Positions 27,914-37,472 are shown, counted from the first letter of the stretch. The stretch: DNA of 64,000 nucleotides from an uncultured Pseudomonadota bacterium (GCA_902793005.1 CADBBQ010000002.1:33501-97500), one strand, 5' to 3'. The notes: generated by a model not told the origin, from the sequence alone. Numbers and translations: made by a program.

Positions 27914-29530
27914 TTGGCAAAATTTGATAATAATTTTGTTGATGAACTGCGGATGCGCCTGTCGATTGTTGACATTGTTGGGCGGCGGGTGCCTTTGGTT
28001 AAAAAAGGTCAAAATTATTGGGGATGTTGCCCATTTCATAATGAAAAAACACCGTCTTTTTCTGTTGCCGAAGAAAAAGGTTTTTACCATTGTTTCGGTT
28101 GTGGCGCACACGGCGATATTATTTCGTTTGTAATGAATACCGAACATTTAGAATACCCGGCGGCAATACGCGAATTGGCCGATATGGCGGGGATGAAAAT
28201 GCCGGAATACAAACCAAAATCGCCGGCACGACAAAAAATGGAAGATTCTTATTTTGAAATTATCGAAAATGCAACAAAGTTATACCAACAATTATTATTC
28301 GAACCCGCGGGTGCTGACGCATTGAATTATGTGCGGGGCCGCGGGTTTACCGATGATATGATAAAAAAATACCGCATTGGTTATGCACCGAAAAATAATA
28401 TTATTACGAACAAATTTTCTAATCTGAATCAATCGAATTTGTTGGCGACGGGACTTGTTCGGCGTGGCGAATATGGGATGTATGATTTTTTCCGTCATAA
28501 ATTAATGTTTCCAATTTTTGATGCACACGGCAAAGTTGTCGCATTTTCTGGACGTAGTTTAGACGGGTCGGAACCAAAATATATAAACACAACTGATACA
28601 GAATTATTCCATAAACGCCAAACTATATTTGGGTTTAATTTTGCCAGGGATGAAATTTATAAAAAAAATCGCAGTATCGTTGTCGAAGGTCAAATTGATG
28701 CAATTCAAATGCAAATGCACGGTTTTGGCGAAACGGTTGCGCCATTGGGAACGGCACTGACCGAGGACCATATCGCAATTTTATGCAAATCAAATCGTAA
28801 TATTATTTTTTGTTTTGATGGCGACAATGCTGGGCAAAAGGCGGCGGCGCGTGCGGCATCCATTGTATTGCCGTTTGTGCGCGATAATTCCGATGTGCGA
28901 TTTGCGTTTGTCGTGGGTGGCAAAGACCCGGACGAGGTTTTAAAAACCGGGGGTGTGGCCGCTATGCATAAAATTATTGATGATGCAACACCATTGATTG
29001 ATTTTTTATGGAATTGGACAAATCAAAATTTCTTAGTATCAACACCGGGTGGACGTACACAGGCAGAAAAATTTTTAGATACCGAATTAAAGAAAATCAC
29101 CGACAAAAAATTACAATATGAAATTGAACAAGAATATAAAAAACGCGAATTTCAACAGTGGCGTTCTTGGAAAAAAACAGATGCGCCAAAAATCAAATTA
29201 CCCGATACTGATTTGGTTACAAAAAATACATTGGTTTACATTGTGAATAATTTTCCCGATATCGCCAGTCAATATGCGGATTTTTTATCCAGTTTAAATA
29301 TTTCATTTGATGTAGATGCACCTGATTTGGGTTGGGATGCGCGCGCGGCGGAAAAATTTATTGTGTCATTAAAACTGCAACGGTATCGGGCTGCATTGGA
29401 ACAAGAATTAAAAATAAAAATGCAAGGTATGATTAACGGCGAAAATTACACAAATGAAGAATTGGGTGATATAAAGAAAAAAATTAATGATGTGAATCAA
29501 AGATTAGAAAAATTATTATATATGGAATAA
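27914..29530 (+). CDS. dnaG: DNA primase
   Basis: TTG start. Zinc finger CCPFHNEKTPSFSV...CFGCGAHGD and Toprim motif EGQIDA. Confidence 0.9.
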   Translation: MAKFDNNFVDELRMRLSIVDIVGRRVPLVKKGQNYWGCCPFHNEKTPSFSVAEEKGFYHCFGCGAHGDIISFVMNTEHLEYPAAIRELADMAGMKMPEYKPKSPARQKMEDSYFEIIENATKLYQQLLFEPAGADALNYVRGRGFTDDMIKKYRIGYAPKNNIITNKFSNLNQSNLLATGLVRRGEYGMYDFFRHKLMFPIFDAHGKVVAFSGRSLDGSEPKYINTTDTELFHKRQTIFGFNFARDEIYKKNRSIVVEGQIDAIQMQMHGFGETVAPLGTALTEDHIAILCKSNRNIIFCFDGDNAGQKAAARAASIVLPFVRDNSDVRFAFVVGGKDPDEVLKTGGVAAMHKIIDDATPLIDFLWNWTNQNFLVSTPGGRTQAEKFLDTELKKITDKKLQYEIEQEYKKREFQQWRSWKKTDAPKIKLPDTDLVTKNTLVYIVNNFPDIASQYADFLSSLNISFDVDAPDLGWDARAAEKFIVSLKLQRYRAALEQELKIKMQGMINGENYTNEELGDIKKKINDVNQRLEKLLYME

Positions 29531-29766
29531 ATCCATATAAACTGCCCCGTCTTGCGACTTTGTCGCAATCCACCCCTTCTTTTTCGCTAACACGATAAAA
29601 GACGGGGAATTTTTCCCGGCTTTTTTTAACATTTTTATTAAAAAGGCCGGTCCGTCTGCGTTCGTTTCACTCGCTCCGTCGCGATTTTACTGTATAAAAA
29701 TAAAAAATCCCGGCCTTTTTGATATTTTTTATCGTTTTGGCCGGGAATTTTTTAACAATTTTATTT

Positions 29767-30846
29767 TTACACATTAAACAAGAAATGGCAAATGTCGCCG
29801 GGTTGCATTACATAATCGCGACCAACAGTGCGCATTTTACCGGCCTCCTTTACTTTTACCTCGCCACCGTATTCGATATAGTCCGCGGGCGTTATAATTT
29901 CGGCACGAATAAATCCGCGTTCAAAATCGGTGTGGATTTTACCCGCCGCCTGGGGCGCCGTCATACCACGCGTTATTGTCCAGGCGTGCGCCTCTTTTGG
30001 TCCGACCGTATAAAATGTTTGCAGACCCAATATTTCGTATCCGGTTTTTATAACCTGGTCCAGGCCAGATTGAACAAGTCCCAAATCATCCAAGAACATT
30101 TTTCTTTCATCCGGATTTACAATTTGCGCAATTTCCATTTCGATTTTTGATGAAATTATCAAAACTGGGTTTGTTGCGCCAAATTTTTCCACAACCCGAT
30201 TTGAAAACTCATTACCGGTTGCGGCAGATGCCTCGTCCACATTACAAACATAAATCACCGGTTTGGCCGTCAATAAATTAAATGGTTTTGCATCCACATC
30301 CAATTTTCGCGCCGGCACACCAGATGATAAATTTTCACGAATTGTTTCCGCGTCAGCCAGCAATTTTACCGCCTCTTTATCCAATCCGTGCGCTTTTTTG
30401 GTTAAATTTTTAATTTGTTTATCCAAACTTTCTAAATCCGCCAGCGCAAGTTCGGTTTCAATTGTTTCAATATCTGATAATGGGTCAATTTTGCCGTTCA
30501 CGTGCACAATATCATCGTTTTCAAAGCATCTGACCACGTGAATTATCGCGTCGGTTTGTAAAATATTACCCAGGAATTTGTTCCCCAGCCCTTCGCCCGT
30601 GGATGCACCACGAACCAGGCCCGCAATATCAACAATTTCCAACTGGGTCGGTATAATTTTTTCCGAATTATCCACAGCCGCCAATTTTAACAATGTTTCG
30701 TCCGGGACGACAACACGGCCGGTGTTCGGTTCGATTGTGCAAAATGGATAATTTTGCGCGTCGGCCGCGGCACTTTGTGTTAATGCATTAAACAGGGTTG
30801 ATTTACCCACATTTGGCAAACCAACAATTCCACAATTGAATCCCAT
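29767..30846 (-). CDS. ychF: Ribosome-binding ATPase YchF
   Basis: GIVGLPNVGKSTLFNA P-loop and a C-terminal TGS-like region. Confidence 0.95.
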   Translation of the reverse strand: MGFNCGIVGLPNVGKSTLFNALTQSAAADAQNYPFCTIEPNTGRVVVPDETLLKLAAVDNSEKIIPTQLEIVDIAGLVRGASTGEGLGNKFLGNILQTDAIIHVVRCFENDDIVHVNGKIDPLSDIETIETELALADLESLDKQIKNLTKKAHGLDKEAVKLLADAETIRENLSSGVPARKLDVDAKPFNLLTAKPVIYVCNVDEASAATGNEFSNRVVEKFGATNPVLIISSKIEMEIAQIVNPDERKMFLDDLGLVQSGLDQVIKTGYEILGLQTFYTVGPKEAHAWTITRGMTAPQAAGKIHTDFERGFIRAEIITPADYIEYGGEVKVKEAGKMRTVGRDYVMQPGDICHFLFNV

Positions 30847-30873
30847 AATAAAATCCTTTATAATAGTGGTAAT

Positions 30874-31557
30874 ATGTCATACATCTGGCAAGATTTCAAT
30901 ATAAAAACATTTCCCGCGGAGACTGTTGTTTTCCGGGATGGCGTGTTTTGTCCCGAAATTTCAACACTGGGTTCGCCGGTCATAGATAAAAATTACGATT
31001 TACCCGTTCATATTATATATGTTGGAGAATTGTCTGGAAAAAATAACCTGGATATAGAAATCAAAGAAAATGTTAAAAACCAGGCTGTGTTTTTATCTGT
31101 TCGGGTAAATGTTAATTCATTGGCAGATTTTTCCGTTTCTGTTAAAAACAATGGAATTGGTTCTGATTTACGTGGTTTTGTTGTTATTCAAAATCAAGGA
31201 AATGTGAAATTTAATGCTGATGCGTATCATTTGGCGGTAAACACCGGTATTTTTATAAAATCGCGTCTGGTCGCATATAAAAATTCAACATCTGAATTAA
31301 ATGGTGTGGCACATATTTACAAGTATTGTGAAAATGCGCGGTCTGATATTCAAATGTCGGCAATTGCGGAAGAGGGGGCAAAAATTATTTTCAGACCTGT
31401 GCAAAAAATATCGGCGGTCCCAGAATCAGCGGCACACAGTGCAAATATTGCACATTACAGTGCACCGCAAATTCAATATTTACACGAATCCGGATTGGTC
31501 GATTATGAAATTCGTGATGTGTTAAAAGAAGCATTTATGAATAATATTGATTGGTAA
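30874..31557 (+). CDS. SufB/SufD-family protein (short, stand-alone)
   Basis: A C-terminal beta-helix-like region and the IQYLHESGL...EIRDVLKEAF motif resemble SufBD. No sufBC genes are adjacent. Confidence 0.45.
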   Translation: MSYIWQDFNIKTFPAETVVFRDGVFCPEISTLGSPVIDKNYDLPVHIIYVGELSGKNNLDIEIKENVKNQAVFLSVRVNVNSLADFSVSVKNNGIGSDLRGFVVIQNQGNVKFNADAYHLAVNTGIFIKSRLVAYKNSTSELNGVAHIYKYCENARSDIQMSAIAEEGAKIIFRPVQKISAVPESAAHSANIAHYSAPQIQYLHESGLVDYEIRDVLKEAFMNNIDW

Positions 31558-31562
31558 AAGAT

Positions 31563-31596
31563 GGGGAATAAAAAATACCCGCAAAAATGCAGGTAT
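31563..31596 (-). terminator. Intrinsic terminator after rpmJ
   Basis: Hairpin at 31575-31596 with a U-tract on the minus strand. Confidence 0.55.
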
Positions 31597-31624
31597 TAAA
31601 TTTATTGGCCGAAAATAATAATTA

Positions 31625-31756
31625 TTATTTCTTGAAACCCTGTTTAGCCTTTAACTTAGGATTTTTAGGGTCAATCAATATAACCTGTTTACCACGACGA
31701 ATTTGTTTAATATCACCGCGTTTTTTCCAAGCCTTTAAAGAACTTAAAAATTTCAT
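31625..31756 (-). CDS. rpmJ: Ribosomal protein L36 (non-zinc, YkgO-like type)
   Basis: The minus strand translates to MKFLSSLKAWKKRGDIKQIRRGKQVILIDPKNPKLKAKQGFKK. Too short for the ORF track. Confidence 0.8.
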   Translation of the reverse strand: MKFLSSLKAWKKRGDIKQIRRGKQVILIDPKNPKLKAKQGFKK

Positions 31757-31786
31757 ATCAAATCCTTTTTACGGGTCAATTATAAA

Positions 31787-32040
31787 CGGTTTTTAACAAA
31801 AATCAAATAAATAATATATATTTGTTGTTGTTGTTGGGGCTGTTGAAATTGTTGAAAAGTGAAAATTTTGGATTTTTTCCACCGGTTTTTAACAATTTTT
31901 TCTTGGTTTTCTGGGGAAAATGTTTGATTTTTAATAATTTGATGAAATTGTTGAAAACTTGTTAAAAAAAACATCAGTTTTCAACAGTTTTAACAATTTT
32001 GTCGGTTTTATTTTTCTGCTTGTTAAAAAATGTTGAAAAG
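31787..32040. promoter_or_regulatory. Iteron-like array of about 10 copies of TTGTTRAAA in both orientations, upstream of virB3
   Basis: CGGTTTTTAACAA at 31787 and 31883. TGTTGAAA at 31841, 31851, 31950 and 32031. TTGTTAAAAA at 31959 and 32020. Inverted copies at 31977-31996. (TTG)5 at 31822-31836. A possible TTGTTA-18-TATAAT promoter ends at 32049. Confidence 0.6.
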
Positions 32041-32070
32041 TGGTATAATTATTAACAGGATAGGAAAGAG

Positions 32071-32361
32071 ATGAAACAACAGGTTTTAAAAGCTTTGGCG
32101 AACCCGCCACGTATATTTTACGTGCCATATTATTTGGCGGTGTTGAACTTTGTTGTGCAATTCATTGTTTTTATTGCAATTTATGTGGCATCTTTATTGT
32201 TTTGGAATTTTGAAATTCAACCGTTATTTTTTCTGATATCGGTGATTGTTGTGCATATGTTTTTGGCGGTTTATTCAAGAACAGACCCACAAATCGGTCA
32301 AATCGTTTTGGCACGTTTTCAATTGTTAAAAAGAAAAATCCCACGGAGACTGGCGGCATAA
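32071..32361 (+). CDS. virB3: Type IV secretion protein VirB3-like
   Basis: 96-aa two-TM protein immediately upstream of virB4, with a VirB3-like N-terminal pattern. Confidence 0.7.
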   Translation: MKQQVLKALANPPRIFYVPYYLAVLNFVVQFIVFIAIYVASLLFWNFEIQPLFFLISVIVVHMFLAVYSRTDPQIGQIVLARFQLLKRKIPRRLAA

Positions 32362-34785
32362 ATGAATACGAATTCTGGATTTTTTGATTATTTTGCAGGC
32401 AGTTCCGATTTTCCAATAACTGTTACGGTGTTGGTTATGCTGGTTGTGGTGGTTTTTATTGCATTAATGTTGTATTTGCCGATTTTAACACGCAAAATTT
32501 TTCCAAAATTTGGTTATGCACGGTATTCTGAATACTTGCCGTTTAGTGGTGTTAAAAAAGATAATGTTTTACAAATTTCTGATGGGTCATATGTGCGGGT
32601 GTATCAATTGGATGGTGTACAAACCAGTATGCAAGATGACACAACACGTGAACAATTTTTAGATTTACGCGCCAGTTTATTTAATCAAATTCGCGACCCA
32701 AATGTTATACTGCGGTTTTTTACAACCCGGGATGCGGTAAATGAAAATATGAATTACGAATTTCATCAACCAACATTACAGGCTATTTTTAATAAATGGA
32801 AAAATCAGGGTTTAAAGATTTTTAACAATAATTATTATATTGTGATGTCTGTGGGTGGAAATGATGCAATGGAAAAATTAAATCAATATTCAACATATAT
32901 TGAATCGATTTTTGCACCATATAAACCAAAATTGTTGAAAAATGACAGTCCGAATAATATGGCACGGTTTTTTGGACGGATTTTGTCCCCGATTACTAAA
33001 CCGGAACCGGGGGTTTGTAATAATGATATTGCGGAATTGGTTACCGTTGATGATGTCGAATTTATGCATAATGGATTTATTAAATATGAAAGTGGTGGTG
33101 TTAAAAAATATGCCGCAACAATTTCTTTTAAAATTGCACCAGATTATTTAGATGAAGATTTCTTTATAAATATTTCAACAATTCAATGTGAAATGATTTG
33201 TATGAACGGTTTTCGTATTATGGGTGTTGCCGATGTTGCAACGGCATTGCGGCAAACACAATCAACCGTGGATGAAAAAACCGAAGATTCTACGATGGAA
33301 CAAATGGAAGAGGCACAAACTATTATGGATGAAAATGTGTCTGGGAATCAAAATATGGTGAATTATTATCCATTGTTTATGTTGTTTGGTGATACCCCCG
33401 AAGAATTAGAAGGATATATAAAAGAATTTAAAAAGATATCTGCATCATTTGGTGTTGCACCGATTGTTGAAACATTTGCCGCGCGGGTTTCGTGGTTTTC
33501 GGTTATTCCGGGATTTGATGTTTTCCCACGCAGTTTTAAATTGTTATCACGCACCGCGGCGGTATCAATTCCGATGGATGCGTCGCCACGTGGTTTTGCA
33601 AATTCTGATTGGGGTCCGGGGCCATTGGTTGTATTTCCAACCGCGTCTGGCACACCGTATCAATTCCAATTTCACGTGTCTGATAAACCGGTGGCGGTTG
33701 GACATACATTGACAATTGGTCCAACAGGTGGCGGTAAAACAACACTGTATTCATTTTTAATCGCGCAATCGTTGCGTCATCAAAAGTTAAAAGCATTTTT
33801 CTTTGACAGAAATAAAGGTGCAGAAATTTTCACTTTGGCCGTTGGTGGAAAATATATCACTATGCAGGGTCGTGAAAAAAATAAAGATGATGGAAATCAA
33901 TCGTTTGAAACACATTTAAATCCGTTTAAAATGGCGGACACGGTTGCAAATCGCGCGTTCTTGCGTCGGTGGTTGGCAATGATTTCGGGACAAACAGACC
34001 CGGTATCGTCTGATGAAATTGCGCGTGCGGTGTCGGTCAATTTTGATTATTTGGCGGATAAAGACAGAAAGTTGAAAAATTTATGGGAAAGTTGTTTTTC
34101 ATCAAATGGAAATATGCGTCCGGCATTGAAAAAGTGGGTTGATGACTTGCAATACGGCGATATGTTTAATGAAGATTCTGATACATTGGATTTACAGGCG
34201 AGACTTACCACTTTTGATTTTACCGATATTTTGCAAGATTCTGAATTGGCGCCGGCGGTGATTTCGTATATTTTACACAGAATAAATAATACAACAGTCG
34301 CGGGTGGAAATCCGTCGTTGATTATGATTGATGAAACCGCGCCAATGTTGGAAAATAAAATGTTCCGTGATAATTTTATCAAAGGTCTGCAAGAAGGACG
34401 CAAAAATCGCCAGGCATATATGGCGGCGTTTCAACGCGCAAATGTTTTGGATAAATTGGGAATTGGTGATGTTGTTCGTGGCCAGGCACAAACGGTTCTG
34501 TTTTTCCGTAATCCGGGTGCAAATGTCGCCGATTATGAACATTGGAATTTAAATCCGTTGGAAATGGCGTTTATCCAAGGCAAGGCGTATCCAAACCTGA
34601 AACGGGCGGTGTTATTGTCGCGGCCGGTGAATAATGAATCCGTGATTTTAAATACTGAATTGGGTGGTTTGGGCAGTTTGTTGCGGTTATTTGAATCTGG
34701 GCGGCCGTCGGTGTTATTGGCCGAAGAATTGTATAAACAATATGGGAGTTCGTTCGTAGAAGAATATTTAAAGAAAAATGTTTAA
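32362..34785 (+). CDS. virB4: Type IV secretion ATPase VirB4
   Basis: 807 aa, Walker A GPTGGGKTT, and a CagE/TrbE/VirB4-like layout. Confidence 0.9.
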   Translation: MNTNSGFFDYFAGSSDFPITVTVLVMLVVVVFIALMLYLPILTRKIFPKFGYARYSEYLPFSGVKKDNVLQISDGSYVRVYQLDGVQTSMQDDTTREQFLDLRASLFNQIRDPNVILRFFTTRDAVNENMNYEFHQPTLQAIFNKWKNQGLKIFNNNYYIVMSVGGNDAMEKLNQYSTYIESIFAPYKPKLLKNDSPNNMARFFGRILSPITKPEPGVCNNDIAELVTVDDVEFMHNGFIKYESGGVKKYAATISFKIAPDYLDEDFFINISTIQCEMICMNGFRIMGVADVATALRQTQSTVDEKTEDSTMEQMEEAQTIMDENVSGNQNMVNYYPLFMLFGDTPEELEGYIKEFKKISASFGVAPIVETFAARVSWFSVIPGFDVFPRSFKLLSRTAAVSIPMDASPRGFANSDWGPGPLVVFPTASGTPYQFQFHVSDKPVAVGHTLTIGPTGGGKTTLYSFLIAQSLRHQKLKAFFFDRNKGAEIFTLAVGGKYITMQGREKNKDDGNQSFETHLNPFKMADTVANRAFLRRWLAMISGQTDPVSSDEIARAVSVNFDYLADKDRKLKNLWESCFSSNGNMRPALKKWVDDLQYGDMFNEDSDTLDLQARLTTFDFTDILQDSELAPAVISYILHRINNTTVAGGNPSLIMIDETAPMLENKMFRDNFIKGLQEGRKNRQAYMAAFQRANVLDKLGIGDVVRGQAQTVLFFRNPGANVADYEHWNLNPLEMAFIQGKAYPNLKRAVLLSRPVNNESVILNTELGGLGSLLRLFESGRPSVLLAEELYKQYGSSFVEEYLKKNV

Positions 34786-35404
34786 AAAAATTTTATTTTT
34801 AATACCTTTGTTCTTGATGGCTTCTGCGTTTGCCAATGATGTTTGTGTCGCTTATAAAACTCGCCCGGGGGTTCGGATAAATAAACCTGATTGGGTGAAA
34901 AAAGTTGGACAACCGTTAAAGGTTATGGATTTATATCACGGTAATGTGACCGCAACATTGGTTGATGAATATGATATTATCGTTAATATCGATGAATTGC
35001 CGGATAAAAGTGGATATTGTGTCGGTATCAAGGATATAAATGCAACAATCGGATATAGTGATTTTTTAATCAAAATTGATATGCGACATAAATTGGATTC
35101 TTGTTCATACCAGGCCGTTTTGGCGCACGAAGGTGAACATATAAATGCATATTTGTCGGTGATTGATGATTTCCAAGATGATTTGAAAAAATCTGTATAT
35201 TCGGCGGCGAATTCTATTATACCTATTTATGTTAAAAACGAGTGGGATATCAGTTCCGCAATTGATGATTTAAATACAAAATTGCAAATGCATCCGGATT
35301 TGATTTTGGTTAAACAACAAATTTCTGCGGCCGAGGAAATCAGAAATTCTAAAATCGATGAAGATGATGGTAAATATCAAGAATTAGCAAAGTGTAATGG
35401 TTAG
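34778..35404 (+). CDS. Secreted protein with an HExxH motif (LAHEGEH); paralog 1
   Basis: Signal peptide MFKKILFLIPLFLMASAFA. Start overlaps the virB4 stop by 8 nt. Paralogous to 35397..36065. Confidence 0.65.
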   Translation: MFKKILFLIPLFLMASAFANDVCVAYKTRPGVRINKPDWVKKVGQPLKVMDLYHGNVTATLVDEYDIIVNIDELPDKSGYCVGIKDINATIGYSDFLIKIDMRHKLDSCSYQAVLAHEGEHINAYLSVIDDFQDDLKKSVYSAANSIIPIYVKNEWDISSAIDDLNTKLQMHPDLILVKQQISAAEEIRNSKIDEDDGKYQELAKCNG

Positions 35405-36065
35405 AAAAATTTTTGGTTTTTTGTTGTTAATTGTGTTCGAAAATAATGGATTCGCCGGCGATTGCGATAAGTATAAACAAAATGTTAATACCGATTTAAT
35501 ACGCGCAGAACAAACGGTTAAAATTATGCCGTCTGACCGTGATTTGTGGCCGGTTGGTGGATTTATTCGTGTGTCGCCTTTTTATAATTTGGAACCAAAA
35601 ATCGGTTATATGTTTAATGGAAAATATTATTGTGTGTTTTTGGATTCTGTGCGGGCAACAGTTGGTTTTCGCGATTTTGAAATTGTTATTGATAAAAAAT
35701 ACCCGGTTGACAGTTGTGAATATAATGCCGTGTTGGCACACGAAAAACACCATATGGCGGATTCTGAACACGCGTTGGATTTGGTGTTTGATGATGTGTC
35801 GGCGGCGTTAAATGATGCCGCAAATAAAATTGAACCGATTTATGTTGAAAAAACTGATGATGTGCCGGTAGCTTTTGAAAAAATTCAAAATCAATTAATA
35901 GAAAATGAAAAATTAAAATCTGTGGTTGATAAATTCAAAGAACAAACTGCGCGCGATGCAGAACATTTGGATGGTGTGCCGGATGAAAATTTAAAAAAAT
36001 GCGAACAAGATAAATTGGATGCCGCATTTGAAAAATATTATAAAAACAAAAAGGTGAAAAAATGA
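35397..36065 (+). CDS. Secreted protein with an HExxH motif (LAHEKHH); paralog 2
   Basis: N-terminal hydrophobic signal. Shares the block DSCxYxAVLAHExxH with the upstream gene. 8-nt start/stop overlap. Confidence 0.65.
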   Translation: MVRKIFGFLLLIVFENNGFAGDCDKYKQNVNTDLIRAEQTVKIMPSDRDLWPVGGFIRVSPFYNLEPKIGYMFNGKYYCVFLDSVRATVGFRDFEIVIDKKYPVDSCEYNAVLAHEKHHMADSEHALDLVFDDVSAALNDAANKIEPIYVEKTDDVPVAFEKIQNQLIENEKLKSVVDKFKEQTARDAEHLDGVPDENLKKCEQDKLDAAFEKYYKNKKVKK

Positions 36066-37054
36066 TTTTGGTGACGGGTGGGGCCGGCTATATCGGCAGT
36101 CATTGTGTTATGGATTTGTGCAAAAATGGTATGGATGTCGTTGTGTTTGATAACCTGAGTACGGGACATATTGAAACGGTTGAAAAATTAAAACAATTTG
36201 GAAATGTTGAATTTGTGCGTGGGGATTTGCTGAATTTTGAAGATATATCTGGCGTTTTTAAAAAATATAAAAATATCGATGCGGTGATTCATTTTGCGGC
36301 TTTTTCCCAGGTTGGTGAATCAGTGGAAAATCCACAAAAATATTATATAAATAATGTCGGTGGAACATTAAATTTGCTGCGCGCGATGTTGGAAAATAAA
36401 GTTTTAAAAATTGTGTTTTCTTCGACGGCGGCAACATATGGTGAACCAAAATATATCCCTATTGATGAGTTGCATCCGCAAATACCTATTAATCCATATG
36501 GGCAAACAAAATTGATGATTGAACATATTATGGATGATTATAATCGCGCGTATGGATTGCGTTCTGTGCGGTTGCGGTATTTTAATGTGGTTGGTGCCGA
36601 TGATGATATTAATATTGGCGAGTGGCATAATCCGGAAACTCATTTGGTGCCGAATATTTTGAAATCTTGTTTTGGTGAAGGCAAAGTTTTCAATTTGTTT
36701 GGTGATGATTATGATACACGGGATGGAACCTGTGTGCGTGATTATGTTAATGTTGTGGATTTGGCAAATGCACATATATTGGCGTTGAAATATCTGGAAA
36801 ATGGCGGCGAAACGAATTTCTTTAATATTGGGACAAATAATGGAAATACCGTGCGTGAAATTTTTGATGCGTGTGAAAAGACAACTGGGAAAAAAATTGC
36901 ATTGGATGTAAAACCACGTCGCGCAGGTGATCCGGCAACATTGGTTGCAGATAATACCAAGGCAAAAAATATTTTGGGATGGACGCCAAATCATACTTTG
37001 ATGGACAGTATCAAAACGGCGTATGATTGGGAGGTTAAATTACAAAATAAATGA
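36062..37054 (+). CDS. galE: UDP-glucose 4-epimerase
   Basis: TGGAGYIGSH and YGQTK motifs. ATGA overlap with the upstream gene. Confidence 0.9.
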   Translation: MILVTGGAGYIGSHCVMDLCKNGMDVVVFDNLSTGHIETVEKLKQFGNVEFVRGDLLNFEDISGVFKKYKNIDAVIHFAAFSQVGESVENPQKYYINNVGGTLNLLRAMLENKVLKIVFSSTAATYGEPKYIPIDELHPQIPINPYGQTKLMIEHIMDDYNRAYGLRSVRLRYFNVVGADDDINIGEWHNPETHLVPNILKSCFGEGKVFNLFGDDYDTRDGTCVRDYVNVVDLANAHILALKYLENGGETNFFNIGTNNGNTVREIFDACEKTTGKKIALDVKPRRAGDPATLVADNTKAKNILGWTPNHTLMDSIKTAYDWEVKLQNK

Positions 37055-37401
37055 AAGATAAAATTGTAAATTTTATAAAACAAGAATATGGAGTGAAACC
37101 TGAATATTTATGGAAAAAATATCCGACTTTTTGTGTGTTTCGGCATATTGGTAATAATAAATGGTTCGCGTTGGTTGCGACATTACCGCGAAAATTTTTG
37201 AGTGTGCCGGGGGACGGCGAGGTTGATTTTATCAATGTTAAATGCGATAAAGAAAATATCGATTTTTTACGCGGTGTGCCCGGTGTCTTGCCAGCCTATC
37301 ATATGAATAAACAAAATTGGATAACTGTATTATTAGACGGCACAATGCCAATTAAAAATGTAAAAAAACTGTTGCAAGATTCATTTGATTTAACAATGTA
37401 A
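37051..37401 (+). CDS. MmcQ/YjbR-family protein
   Basis: YjbR-like pattern (KPEYLW..YP...VFRH..N.KWFAL...AYHMNK.NWITV). Confidence 0.75.
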   Translation: MKDKIVNFIKQEYGVKPEYLWKKYPTFCVFRHIGNNKWFALVATLPRKFLSVPGDGEVDFINVKCDKENIDFLRGVPGVLPAYHMNKQNWITVLLDGTMPIKNVKKLLQDSFDLTM

Positions 37402-37472
37402 AAACATATTGATTTTACGAGAAATTATAATATAATATGATTATATATTTTTATAAAAAAGGAATAAAACCG

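Noticed and set aside
31787-32040. Chromosomal origin (oriC) with DnaA boxes
   Set aside because: TGTTGAAAA differs from the DnaA box complement TGTGGATAA at two positions. There is no dnaA or dnaN nearby and no clear DNA-unwinding 13-mer set. It is kept as a regulatory or iteron candidate instead.
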